From: Mustelus asterias
Lineage: Eukaryota
Direction: 5' to 3'
Assembly (NCBI RefSeq): GCF_964213995.1
Contig: NW_027590122.1
Coordinates: forward strand, 2,046,001-2,110,000
Length of the DNA: 64,000 nt
How positions within the stretch are numbered: position 1 is the stretch's first letter; every line of letters begins with the position of its first letter. A model generated the notes under the pieces. The model worked only from the letters and a program-made list of their open reading frames with translations. It made no database searches and was not told the DNA's origin. Position numbers and translations under genes: made by a program. Of this stretch, positions 12,059 to 23,457 are shown piece by piece.

Positions 12059-15000
12059 GGAGGCCCAGAGAACCCCAAAATGGTAGGACAGCACGTACAG
12101 ATAACAGAAACTGCAGAGCAGGAACCTATAGTTAACGTTAGAGTAGGAGGGATCGAGGTCCCCATGATGATAGACACCGGCGCCACATGTACGTGCATAC
12201 AAACGAAATATGCGGATCACTTACCATTGTCAAACCAGTTTGTAAAAACTGTGGGGTTCTCGGGGAAAGTAACATTAGCTCGAATGACGACGCCGGTGCC
12301 TGTTACCATTGGAAATAAGACAACCCATGTACCTATTTTAGTATGTGATAAAACTCCTTTAAATCTATTGGGAAGGGATGCAATCCTAGGTTTAGGACTG
12401 AAATTAGAATGCACTGAACAAGGAATTGATTTGATGGGAATGTATCCACTTGAAATACCAGGAAAGGAAGGGGTTAATGTATATTGGTTGGGAGATATAG
12501 AGGAACAAGTTAAAAAACAGATATGGGAAGTTTGGGGAAAGCTTATAAACACTTGGGTTCCACAAGCCAAATGGCCAAGAACAGAATTACACAGTACAAT
12601 GATATTTGATGAAGGGCAGGAACCTGAGATACAGGAGAAATGGGAAAGGGAGGCAGGACGAGAACAGGAAATAAAGTCAGGAAGTATTTTAATCGGACTA
12701 GAGGGAGTAGCCCTCACCATTGTTAGGAATGAATGGGTTAACAAATGGTTCTCTGTATCTGGGGCGGAGCCACATGTCACATTGAAAGTGAATCCGGGAT
12801 ACAGATCAAAAGACCTAGGACCAATGGTGTTGAGAGCACAAGATTTAGAATTTGTCCAGACAGACAATGTAGATATTTGGACGTCCAGCAATGGACAAAT
12901 GACGAAAATAATTTTGGATGTTAAAATGCTTGGGAAACCGAAGCAGATAACAATAGGAGTGCAAATCGAGAAACAGGAACTGGAGTGGAGAGAGAGGTTA
13001 GAGCAGGATTTGAACTCCCTCCCGCAGGAGTTGTGGTCCAGACAGGACACGGATGTAGGGAGGGTCAAAAACGCTAATCCAGTTGAAGTCAGATTAAAGA
13101 TAGGACGTCAGGGGCCGTATAGGCCGCAATACCCAATCAAGACAGAAGCAATTGAAGGAATTAGAGGGACAATTAAGGGATTGATAGAAGCAGGGGTATT
13201 AAAAGAAACCCGGAGCAGGTGTAATACACCGCTACTACCAGTGAAAAAGGCGGACGGAGAAAAATGGAGATTGGTGCATGACCTAAGGGCAATTAATGAG
13301 GTAGTGGAAGATATGCCAGCAGAAGTTCCAAACCCTTATACCTTGATGACAAATATACCACCTGAAAGTAGATGGTTTACTGTAATAGACCTATGTTCGG
13401 CATTTTTTAGTGTGCCACTAGCTCAAGAAAGTCAGTATCTCTTTGCATTTACGTACGAGGGGAAACAATACACATACATAGGATGCCCCAAGGATTTAAA
13501 CATTCCCCACATGTATTCAATCAAGTGTTGAGAGCAGATTTAGAAGGAATACAGTTGGAAGGAACACTAATACAATATGTGGATGATTTATTATTATGCA
13601 CAGGAACACAAGAACAGTGCAGGAAGGATAGTTTAAAACTATTGGAAAGACTAGCAGAAGGGGGTCATAAAGTATCAAGGAAAAAGCTGCAGCTGTGCCA
13701 GAAAAAGGTAGAATACTTGGGAAGAGAAATATCAGCAGGACAGAAGGAGATAGCTTCACAGCAAATAGAAGCAGTACTGCAAGTTCCGAAACCACGGACG
13801 GTGGGACAAATGATGACATTTTTGGGAATGACAGGATTCAGTTCAGAATGGGTGGAAAGCTATGCCAAAAAAACGCAGGCACTACGAAAGATAATGAAGG
13901 AGGCAGGGTGTGACGAATTAAAAGCCAAACTAAAATGGGATAAAGATGCTTCAGACGCATTTGAAAACGTGAAAAGAGAAATGGCACAGGCACCAGCATT
14001 GGCCTTACCGACCTATGACAAACCCTTTGACTTATTTGTGAGTAACAGAGAAGCCGGATTTGCTACAGCAATGTTAATGCAGGAAAATTGCAAGGGTAGA
14101 CGAAGGCAGGCTGTAGCATATTACAGTACCAAGCTAGACGACGTAGCGATGGGATACCCTCCGTGCTATCAAGGCCTGGCAGCAGCTTGGTGGGCGTACG
14201 AAAAGGCAGCCACGGTCACAATGGGATATCCGATAAACATACATGTATACCATAAGGTAGCTGAATTGATTGAGCAAGGAAAATTTGTGCTGACACCTGC
14301 TAGGATCCATCATTATCGAATGCTAACCACATTTCCAGATATCACGATAATAAAGTGCAACAGAGTAAATCCAGCTGATTACATGCCATTACCTCATGAA
14401 GGAGAAGAACATGAATGCTTAAGAGAAGCAAAAACATTTATGAAACTGAGAAAAGATTTAAGAGCAGAGGGACTAGTGACAGAAGGGAAAAGGATACTGT
14501 ATGTAGATGGCTCATGTTACAGGGATCACTTAGGAAACCACGCAGGCTATGCCATAGTTGAACAGAAAGGGGAAACACTTGAAGTCATAGAAGCAGAGAA
14601 ATGTGAACAGCCCTGTTCAGCCCAACTGGCAGAACTTAAAGCATTGACCAGAGCATGTGAGCTAGCAAACGGGGAAGCATTGGAAATTTATACTGATTCG
14701 GCCTATGCCCACGGGGTCTGCCATCTGTTCGGGGCAATATGGAAGCAAAGGGGATTTATGAAAAGCGGAGGAGGACCAATACAACACGAAGGTCAAATCA
14801 GGGCTTTAATAAGGGCCATGATGGGTCCAAGGGAATTAGCCATAATTAAGTGTCAGGCGCATAAAAAGGGAGCAGACAGCATCACACAGGGAAACACCAA
14901 AGCCGACAAGGCAGCTAAAGAAGCGTCAGGATGCATTGAGGCTACGATAGCCCCAGTAGAAATAGCAAGGCCGCACCCAGGGCCAGGTACGGGGGATATC

Positions 15001-15297
15001 GAACCTCATATCACATTAGAGGATGTAGCACAGTTACAGGAGGAAACCTCTGTAGCTGAAAAGGCAATGTGGAAAGATAGAGGAGCACTACAGGGACAAC
15101 AGGACAGGATATGGAGAAATGGGGAGGGATTAGTCATAGCACCCACATCATTACTAACCGTACTAATTAGCGAAGCGCATGGAGTGGACCACTGTGCAAG
15201 AGGAGAAGTGGCGAGAAAGATCAAGAAGGAAGGATTCTGGTCACCATACCTGCAAAACTCGATTGACTACATACTAAGTCAGTGTGAGGTATGTGCA
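12059..15297 (+). pseudogene. pol: pro-pol: protease, 2H-like insert, RT, RNase H and integrase N-terminal HHCC only; 1-bp frameshift near 13478
   Basis: PR IDTGA and LLGRD; RT IDLCSAFF, MPQGF, YVDD; RNase H YVDGS, SAQLAE, YTDS, GNTKAD; IN H-x3-H...CEVC. acatacataggatgccc lacks one base of the expected TYTRMP. Confidence 0.95.
12470..12950 (+). other. Putative 2H phosphoesterase domain inserted between protease and RT
   Basis: About 160 extra aa with two hydrophobic-flanked HxT motifs: LHSTM (12590-12598) and PHVTL (12773-12781). Confidence 0.7.
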
Positions 15298-16668
15298 TCA
15301 GAGAAACCTAACACCCAAGTAACTGATATACCATGGGGATCAGGAGACTGTGGAACCAGGAAACAAAGCTGGAGAAAGGAAAATTGCCGTCCATATACCA
15401 CATATATACGGTATCATATGATAGGGAATCGGAACTACTCGTATGAGAAGATAAACTGTTCCGGATCCGCATGTGATAACCTTTGTAAAGGTGAGCCGCC
15501 GTTGTGTCAATACCACTGCATCCTGTTTGCTGGGGTAAAAAAGGGCATCTACAACTTGACCCACAGATGTCCAAAGTGGCCAAAAACGGCAGTGGACGCG
15601 GTCCCAAAGGAATGGAGTGTAGAGCCCAACTTACAAATCCAAGATTGCTATTGGAGGGAAAGTAGCACAGGAAGTAGTGTGGGAAATTACACAGGAGAGT
15701 GTGAAAGGATTTGGAATATAACCAATGTTCTTAATCTGATCATCTCAGGAGGGGGATGGGCACCCCCTCCTTATGTGTTAGACTATCAAGAAAATCAACT
15801 GGCCGATCTCTGGTGGCTTTGTGGCCCGGAGAAAGGGCTATTGGCAAAATTACCACAGAATTGGAAGGGACTATGTGCCCGAGTTATGCTTGCCCAGAGC
15901 ATTGTGATACTACCGGTGGAAAGAGAAATTAAATCACAAAAAGTTAAGAGGGCATATACCCCTGACCCTACGATAAAATTGGACGCAATCGGACAGCCCC
16001 GCGGCATCCCAAATGAGTTCAAAGCTAGGAACGAAATAGCTGCAGGGTTTGAATCCCTCTTTGTTTGGATCACACCCAGCAAGAATACTGAGTGGATCAA
16101 TTACATCTATTATAATCAGCAGAGGTTTATTAATTATACGAATGATGCCCTGGAGGGCTTAGGAGAGCAGTTGGATGCGACCAGCAAAATGGCGTGGCAA
16201 AATCGACAGGCGTTAGATTGGCTCCTGGCAGAGAAAGGAGGGGTGTGTGTTATGTTTGGGGATCAGTGCTGCACATTTATCCCTAATAACACTAATCCAG
16301 AAGGGTCATTTACACAAGCCATGAATAAGTTAAAAAATCTTAAGAAAGAAGTGAAAGAAAATGCTGGGTTTGGGCATGAGGTATGGAGTTGGCTGGACAG
16401 AATATTAGGGAGATGGGGGGCGTGGTTTGCCAAAGCTGGAGCTGTAGCAATCGCAACAATAATCATTCTGGGATTGATATTTTGTTGTTTTTTACCCGCC
16501 CTGAGATCCTTCCTTACCAGAATGACAGCGCGGCAGATGGTGACGCGGGTGCTAAGCAGCTCACGCTCGAGAGAAAAAACAGAGGAATGGGAAAATCTTG
16601 AGCCGCCCCCGCTGAGTGGATTCACAATGACCTTGGTCGAAGTTGAAACTCGTCACTCTGTAAAATAA
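15298..16668 (+). CDS. env: env, 5'-truncated and fused in frame to pol; EnvP(b)/fish-ERV-like class I envelope
   Basis: Furin site KVKR; DAIGQPRGIPNEFKARNEIAAGFES and WINYIYYNQQRF; ISD WQNRQALDWLLAEKGGVC; CX6CC (CVMFGDQCC); TM helix AVAIATIIILGLIFCCFL. Confidence 0.95.
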   Translation, partial: SEKPNTQVTDIPWGSGDCGTRKQSWRKENCRPYTTYIRYHMIGNRNYSYEKINCSGSACDNLCKGEPPLCQYHCILFAGVKKGIYNLTHRCPKWPKTAVDAVPKEWSVEPNLQIQDCYWRESSTGSSVGNYTGECERIWNITNVLNLIISGGGWAPPPYVLDYQENQLADLWWLCGPEKGLLAKLPQNWKGLCARVMLAQSIVILPVEREIKSQKVKRAYTPDPTIKLDAIGQPRGIPNEFKARNEIAAGFESLFVWITPSKNTEWINYIYYNQQRFINYTNDALEGLGEQLDATSKMAWQNRQALDWLLAEKGGVCVMFGDQCCTFIPNNTNPEGSFTQAMNKLKNLKKEVKENAGFGHEVWSWLDRILGRWGAWFAKAGAVAIATIIILGLIFCCFLPALRSFLTRMTARQMVTRVLSSSRSREKTEEWENLEPPPLSGFTMTLVEVETRHSVK

Positions 16669-17017
16669 CTACAATAGTGGAAGATCACCTTGTGGAAACA
16701 ACAGCACCTTGCTGAAGTCCGCACGAAACCAGGAGAACTTAGTCTGTACACAAGAATCAGTCTTTTTCCCTTCCCTAGACAAGAGTGGGAAGGTTTTTGG
16801 CTGATGACTGTCAGGGGCGGGCAATCTGGAGGAGCAACCCAAAAATCAGAACCGGGATAGACAAATTATGATAAAGTTAGAATAGGGACACTGATCCCTG
16901 ACCAAAATATTCGGCTCCTCCACATCGCCTGGGAAAAGTGATTAAAATAAAATACAAATGGGATTGAGCAAGGGGATTATTTGAGCTTGATAATTGGGAT
17001 GAGGCTAGGGAAGCCTC

Positions 17018-17027
17018 AAAGGGGGGA
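17018..17027 (+). promoter_or_regulatory. Polypurine tract
   Basis: AAAGGGGGGA just upstream of the 3' LTR. Confidence 0.9.
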
Positions 17028-17028
17028 T

Positions 17029-17856
17029 TGTAAGGGAAATTGTATTAGATATTGTATGAGCTAGGTATGAAATTCAGATTCACAGGTTTTAGTAAAATGA
17101 TATAGCAGATTTAGGTGAGTAGTGAGATGGGTATATAACCTAAAGTAACCTCGTGTGACCCGACCTAATATAATCAAGTGTAGTCGATATGATCAAAGTG
17201 GAGGAACTAGAGGAACTAGAGAAGTAATATAGCAATCACTAATTAAGGAAAGCAAACAATAGCCACCTGGGAAAACAAGGAAAACTGCTCGGTGGTTCAA
17301 CTTAATAGTGGACCATAAATCAGCAGATAGAATGTCTTTTCTTCTAAACACATTAGTGGACCATAAATCAGCAGAGAGGATGTCTTTTCTTCTAAACACA
17401 TTAGTGGACCATAAATCAGCAAGAGGGGATGTCTTTTCTTCTAAACACATTCGGCCTTAGCCTGCAAAACCACGATTATTGTACAAACAGAAAAGTTCAG
17501 ATAAGAGCAAGAGTTATAACCACCATGGTTTAAGAAACGAAGAGATATAACAGGGAACGACCAATTGCAAAGAAAACAGATAAAGGGTCAACTAAAAATA
17601 ATGGTGGCCAAAGAAAGGTCGGGCTGTAGGGTAAGATAACAACCAAGGACAGGCTGTAAAAGGGAGATAAGGATCTTGAGATATGAGGCTGAAATGTACA
17701 TAAAAGATTGTAAGCCCAAGGGCTCTTTGGATTGATCCGGAGATCCCGACTTTATCGCTTGTGCTGAGAAATAAAGTCTATTGCTTGGAAGATCGCTGCT
17801 CAGACTCTCTGTTTTAAACCGATGTGAACGAATTGTCGTCCTGGGGAACCACGACA
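17029..17856 (+). repeat. 3' LTR (828 bp)
   Basis: TGTAAGGG...CCACGACA; about 17 differences from the 5' LTR by manual count. Confidence 0.97.
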
Positions 17857-17944
17857 GCAGCTGAAGATGCAGCCTCCAAAGGTCAAACAGTTTAAAATAA
17901 GGAATGGTCAGGGAAAGAAGAGTACAGAGATCTCCAAAGATCCA

Positions 17945-18118
17945 ACTCCACAGATGTGCAGGTTAGGTGGATTGGCCATGCTAAATTGCCCCTTAGTGTC
18001 AGGGGGATTAGCAGGGTAAATATGTGGGGTTATGGGGATAAGGTCTGGGTGGAATTGTTGTCAGTGCAGGATCAATGGGCCAAATGGCCTCCTTCCACAT
18101 TTAGGAATTCGATGATTC
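17945..18118 (+). mobile_element. HE1-like V-SINE, 3' part
   Basis: gatgtgcaggttaggtggattggccatgctaaattgccccttagtgtc...gggccaaatggcctccttc. Confidence 0.8.
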
Positions 18119-18245
18119 TATCTCTGAGTTTTGAGAGTCTCGAGGAGATTACAGAGATAGGTAGGAGCCATGGAAGAATTTTAAAATAAGGTTGAGAATT
18201 TAAAAAGAAATAGTTTGTTTATTGATCTGGAACCTTTGTAGGTCA

Positions 18246-18660
18246 TGATTTTTGATTTGATTTATTATTGTCACATGTATTAACATACAGTGAAAAATAT
18301 TGTTTCTTGCGCGCTATACAAAGCTATACAAATAGAGAAGGAAACGAGAGAGTGCAGAATGTCGTGTTACAGTCATAGCTAGAGTGGAGAGAAAGATCAA
18401 CTTAATGCGAGGTAGGTCCATTCAAAAGTCTGACAGCAGCAGTGAAGAAGCTGTTCTTGAGTTGGTTGGTACGTGACCTCAGACTTTTGTATCTTTTTCC
18501 CAAAGGAAGAAGGTGGAAGAGAGAATGTCTGGGTTGCGTGGGATCCTTAATTATGCTGGTTGCTCTGCCGAGGCAGCGAGAAGTGTAGACAGAGTCAATG
18601 GATGGGAGGCTGGGTTGCGTGATGGATTGGGCTACATTCACAACCTTTTGTAGTTCCTTT
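18246..18660 (-). mobile_element. Rex1/Babar-type non-LTR retrotransposon 3' end (second copy at about 53895-54360, -)
   Basis: ORF C-terminus IIKDPTQPRHSLFHLLPLGKRYKSLRSRTNQLKNSFF..AVRLLN and an aatca-type tail. Confidence 0.75.
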
Positions 18661-19600
18661 TGTAGTGCGCACAGGGGTGATGGGTGAACAAGACTTGATG
18701 TGAGTAAGCACATGGGCAGCAGAGGTTTGGATGAGCTCAAGTTTACAGAGAGGTTGAATGTGGGAGGCCGGCTGGCATTTGGATAATTACATCCAGAGGT
18801 AACAAAGGAAAGAATGATTGTTTCAGTAGCAGGTAAGCTGAGACTGGGGTGGAGTCAATGACGTCAGTGACGTGGAAATAGATGCTCTGGGTGATGTTGA
18901 TATGTGGTTGGAAGCTCATCTCAGTAACACAAAATACTCCCTGGCTGTGAACAGTCTGGTTGAGCCTCAGGCTGTTACCAGTGGGAGGGATGGAGTCCAT
19001 GTCCAGGGGATGGAGTTTGTAGAAGAGACTGAAGGCAATGGCTTTGTACTTCCTAATATGCAAGTGGATTGTCAGACAAGTCAGTGCAGTGTGTGTGTTG
19101 GAGAACTTGCAGGTGATAGTGTTCACATAATCCCGCTGCCCTGGTCCTTTGAGGTGAGGAGGTTCAGTGTTTAATGATTCGGTCAAAGTTCTGGCTGAGT
19201 GGTTTATGTATAAAATCCCTCTTCTTCGCCTCCTGCCTCTCCACTTCTCTCTTCCTCCCTCTCTCCCTCCTTCTCCTCCCTCAGAGGCCAAAGTCTTGTC
19301 CAGACCAGGTGGCAGGTTCCCTTCCCTGTAGGACATTAGTGAATCAGTTGGGTTTTTACAACAATCCAGCAGTTTTCATGGTCACTTTCTTCTCGTGCCG
19401 GCCCCAGATTCATTCAGCTCAATTTCACAACGTGCCTTTGTGTTTGGGGGTTCTCTCTCACTTCCTTTTTTCTGTTTTAAATCAATTTTGCAGAGTAACA
19501 GAAGGGAAGGTTTGCAGTCGTGGAACAGGAAACGAAACATCACATCAAAATCTGAGAGTCAATTATTTTATCGTACCCTGAATATCATTGGATTTTGATC

Positions 19601-20386
19601 ATGGAAGGAAAACGCCCTGTTCACAGTGGGGAGAAACTATACACATGTTCTGTGTATGGACAAGACTTCAACCAACCATCTGCTCTGTCAGAAGATAAAT
19701 GTCACTACACTGAGGAGAAGCCGTGGAAATGTGGGGACTGTGGGAAGGGATTCGATTACCCATCCCAGTTGGAAATTCATCATCGCAGTCACACCGGGGA
19801 GAAACCATTCACCTGCTCGGACTGCGGGAAGGGATTTACTAAATCTTCCACCCTGCTGACACACCAGCGCACTCACACTGGGGAGAGACCATTCACCTGC
19901 TCCGATTGTGGGAAAGGATTCACTCAGTCATCCAACCTGCTGACCCACCAGCGAGTTCACACCGGCGAGAGACCATTCATCTGCTCAGTGTGTGGGAAGG
20001 GATTCACTTTTTCAGCCAACCTGATGACACACCAACAAGTTCACACTGACCTGAGACCTTTTAAATGCCCAGACTGTGGGAAATCTTTTAAAACTTCCCA
20101 GGAACTTATGTACCATCAACGTCTTCACACTGAGGAGAGGCCGTTCAGGTGCTCACACTGTGGGACTGGGTTCAGACGTTTGTCACATCTCACTGTACAC
20201 CAGCGCACTCACAGTGGAGAGAAACCATTCACCTGTTCAGACTGTGGGAAGGGATTCACTCAGTCATCCACTCTGCAGAGACACCAGCGAGTTCACACTG
20301 GGGAGAGGCTGTTCATCTGCTCCAAGTGTGGAGAGGGATTCACTAAGTTTCCCAACCTACTGATGCACCAACAAGTTCACAAGTAA
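19601..20386 (+). CDS. C2H2 zinc-finger protein ZNF-1 (8 intact + 1 degenerate finger; subfamily A)
   Basis: [12 protein letters not shown] start; repeated CxxC-x12-HxxxH with TGE[KR]PF linkers; candidate acceptor ttttgcag near 19493. Confidence 0.9.
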   Translation: MEGKRPVHSGEKLYTCSVYGQDFNQPSALSEDKCHYTEEKPWKCGDCGKGFDYPSQLEIHHRSHTGEKPFTCSDCGKGFTKSSTLLTHQRTHTGERPFTCSDCGKGFTQSSNLLTHQRVHTGERPFICSVCGKGFTFSANLMTHQQVHTDLRPFKCPDCGKSFKTSQELMYHQRLHTEERPFRCSHCGTGFRRLSHLTVHQRTHSGEKPFTCSDCGKGFTQSSTLQRHQRVHTGERLFICSKCGEGFTKFPNLLMHQQVHK

Positions 20387-21099
20387 CTAAAGAGATTGGA
20401 TCTTTCTGTTAATCGCATCCAGGCCTGAACCATGTTCATTGGGGTCTGTTGCTGCTGATGTTCATAAACTCCTATCCAGTTATAATAGATAGTATTCTGG
20501 ATTCAAAATACAATTAAATTAGATTCATGTTAATCAAACACTGGCCAGTTTTAAAAAAATATCTCTAACACAAATCAGATTCTTCTGAAGGGCTCTCCCT
20601 CTCCCCTGTCTCCTGCATCCTCACCTCCAACAACTGAGAAGAGCTCAGGAGGTTCTTTGACACAAACATTGAGACAATCTGATCAGCTGCTTCCTCCCTT
20701 CCACTGGACCACCAGGGTAAACTGTTTTTGTCCAAGTTCTGAACTCATATCTTATCTCCCTTTGATCCTAATCTCACTAACCTGCAGGACAACCAACTTC
20801 CCCATGTCAATAGCTCTCTCTCTCTCTCTCTCCCCCTCTAGCTCACCCACTGTCTCTCCTTCATTATCTATTGTTGTCTTTCCCCCTGTTTATCTCAGAG
20901 TATTGCCATCTGTGTTTCTCTCCCCATCTCTCGCTCAGTCTTTATCTCTATATCTGCCTCTGTGTTCTCCCCACCTCTCTACCTTACGTACAGATTTGAA
21001 AAATACAACCCTACTCTCTCTCTTCTGGCACTGTCTCTCTTAAATCCACCGTCATCAAATCTTTTGACTGCACAATCTTTGCAAATTATTGCCCCATCT

Positions 21100-21410
21100 A
21101 TAATCTCTCTTTCCTCTACATACCCCCTGAACTCAGTGTCCCCGAAGGATCTATCCTTGGCCCCTCCTATTTCTCAACTACAAGCTGCCACTGGGTGACA
21201 TGATCCAAAAGCACCGTGTTAGTTTTCACATGTACACTGACAACACCCAGCTCTACCTCACACCCATCCCTCTCCATTCCTTTACTGTTACTAAATTATC
21301 AAACTGCTCATCCCACATCCAGTACTGAATGAACAGAAATTTCCTGTAGTTAAAATTAAAACCATTGTCTTCAGTCACCACGACAAATTCCGTTCCCTAA
21401 CTACTCAGTG
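21100..21410 (+). mobile_element. L2-clade LINE RT fragment
   Basis: Degenerate VPxGSILGPLLF...[25 protein letters not shown]. Confidence 0.65.
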
Positions 21411-21417
21411 TGTGTGG

Positions 21418-23457
21418 TCATAGAATCAGAGAGTCTATGGCACGGAGACAGGCCCTTCAGTCCAAACTGGTCCATGCCGACCAAATTGCCCATTTAAGCC
21501 AACCCCATTTGCCTGCATTTGGCCCACATCCCTCTAAACCTTTCCTATCCATGTATCTGTCCAAATGCCTTTTAAATGTTGTCAATGTCGCTGCCTCAAC
21601 CACTTCCTCCGGCAGCTCATTCCACATACGTACCACCCTCTGTGTAAAAAAGCTGCTCCTCAGGTTCCCATTAATTTTTTCCCTCTTAACTTAAACCTGT
21701 GCCCCCTAGTTCTTGATTCCCCAACCCTGGGAAAAAGACTGAGTGCATTCACCATATCCATGCCTTTCATGATCTTATACATCTCTATAAGATCACCCCT
21801 CAGTCTCCTACGCTCCAAAGAAAAATGTCCTAGCCCGATCAGTCTCCCCCTTTAACTCAGTCCCTTGAGTCCTGGCAACATCCTTATAAATCTATTCTGC
21901 ACTCTCGCCAGTTTATTAACATCTTCCCTATAGCAAGGTGACCAAAACTGAACACAATACTCCAGCTGTGGCCTCACCAACATCCTACACAACTACAACA
22001 TAACTTCCCAACTTCTATACTGACTGATGAAGGCCATCATGACAAAAGCCTTCTTCACTGCATGATCTATTGGTGACTCCACTTTTAGAGAACCGTGCCC
22101 CACCTGAACTCCAAAGTCCTTCTGTTCCACGATACTCCCTAAGGTCCTACCATTCATTGTGAAAGTCCTACCTTGATTTGACTTTCCAAAATGCACCTCT
22201 GACTTATTTGTATTGAACTCCTTTTGCCATTTCTCGGCCCACTTCCCCAAGATCCTGCTGCAATTGTTGATAACCTTCCTCACTGTCTACAATACCACTT
22301 ATTTTAGTGTCATCTGCAAACTTACTGATCATGCCTTGTACATTCTCATCCAGATCGTTGAGAGAGATAACAAACAGCAATGGGCCCAGCACTGACTCCT
22401 GAGGCACACCACTCGTCACAGACCTCCAGTCTGACAAGCATCCTTCCAACATTACCCTCTGCTTCCTACCATCAAGCCAATTGTGTATCCAATTTGCCAG
22501 CTCTCTGTGGATCCCATGTGATCTAAATTTCCAGAGCAGCCTACCATGTGGAACTTTATCAAAGGCCTCATTGAAGTCAATATGGACTACGTCAACCTGC
22601 CTGCCCTCATCAACCGTCCTGGTCACTTCATCAAATAACTCTAACAAATTTATAAGGCATGATCTCCCATGCACAAAGCCGTGCTGACTACTCCTAATCA
22701 AACCCTATCTTTCCAATGCCTGCATATCTTATCCCTCAGAATCCTCTTATCCGTAACTTATCCATCACAGGCGTTAGACTTATCGTTCTATAATTCTCAG
22801 GTTTTCCTTTGCAGCCCTTCTTAAATAAGGGCACAACATTTGCTACCCTCCAGTCTTCTGGGAACCTCACCTGTGCCTAAGGATGATGCAAATATCTCAA
22901 CCAGGACTCCCGCAATTTCTTCTCTAGCCTCACTCAATGTTCTTGGATATGCCTGGTCAGGGCCAGGAGATTTCACAGTAACTTCATTGCGCTGTTAATG
23001 TAAGTCTTACTGTGACTAATAAATAAAACGTTAAACTTTACGGCCAGGAGATTTATCCATGTTCATACATTTTAATACATCAATTACCTCCTTGACTGTA
23101 ATGCGGACTGTCCCATATATCGCCACAACGTTTTTGAGTTTCCCAAGTCTTCATGTCTTTCTCCACAGTAAGACAGGAGAAATTTTCATTGAGAACCTCG
23201 CCCATCTCTTGCGGTTCCACATGTATGTGTCCACTTTGGTCTTTGAGGGGTCCTATTCTCTCTCTAGTTATTCTTTTTCCTTTAATATACTTAAGAATCC
23301 CTTTGGATTCACCTTAATCCTCTCAGGCAAAGCTACCTCATGTCCTCTTTTTGCTCTCCTAATTTCCTTCTTGAGTATACTCCTGTGTCCCCTGTGCACG
23401 TCCAGGGAATCTCTTGATTCCAGCTGCTTGTACCTGAGCCATGCCTCCTTCTTTGAC
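21418..23457 (-). mobile_element. CR1 LINE, 5'-truncated and degenerate
   Basis: SQHGFVHGRSCL, DFNEAFDKVPH, GVPQESVLGP, KFADDTK; ctatga-type tail at 21418. Confidence 0.92.

Larger units (their letters stand above)
8790..17856 (+). mobile_element. Endogenous retrovirus, class I (gamma/epsilon-like), 9067 bp, internally deleted and non-autonomous
   Basis: Paired TG...CA LTRs, PBS, gag (late domains, CCHC), TAG readthrough, PR-RT(YVDD)-RNase H, integrase HHCC, env TM with ISD and CX6CC, PPT. Confidence 0.97.

Noticed and set aside
12217-13068. 283-aa antisense ORF opposite protease and the 2H region
   Set aside because: Codon-register mirror of pol with no ATG start and no recognisable motif; cannot be supported without conservation data
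16669-17017. Accessory ORF between env and the 3' LTR (as in epsilonretroviruses)
   Set aside because: Only about 350 bp and no ORF of 60 aa or more in the track
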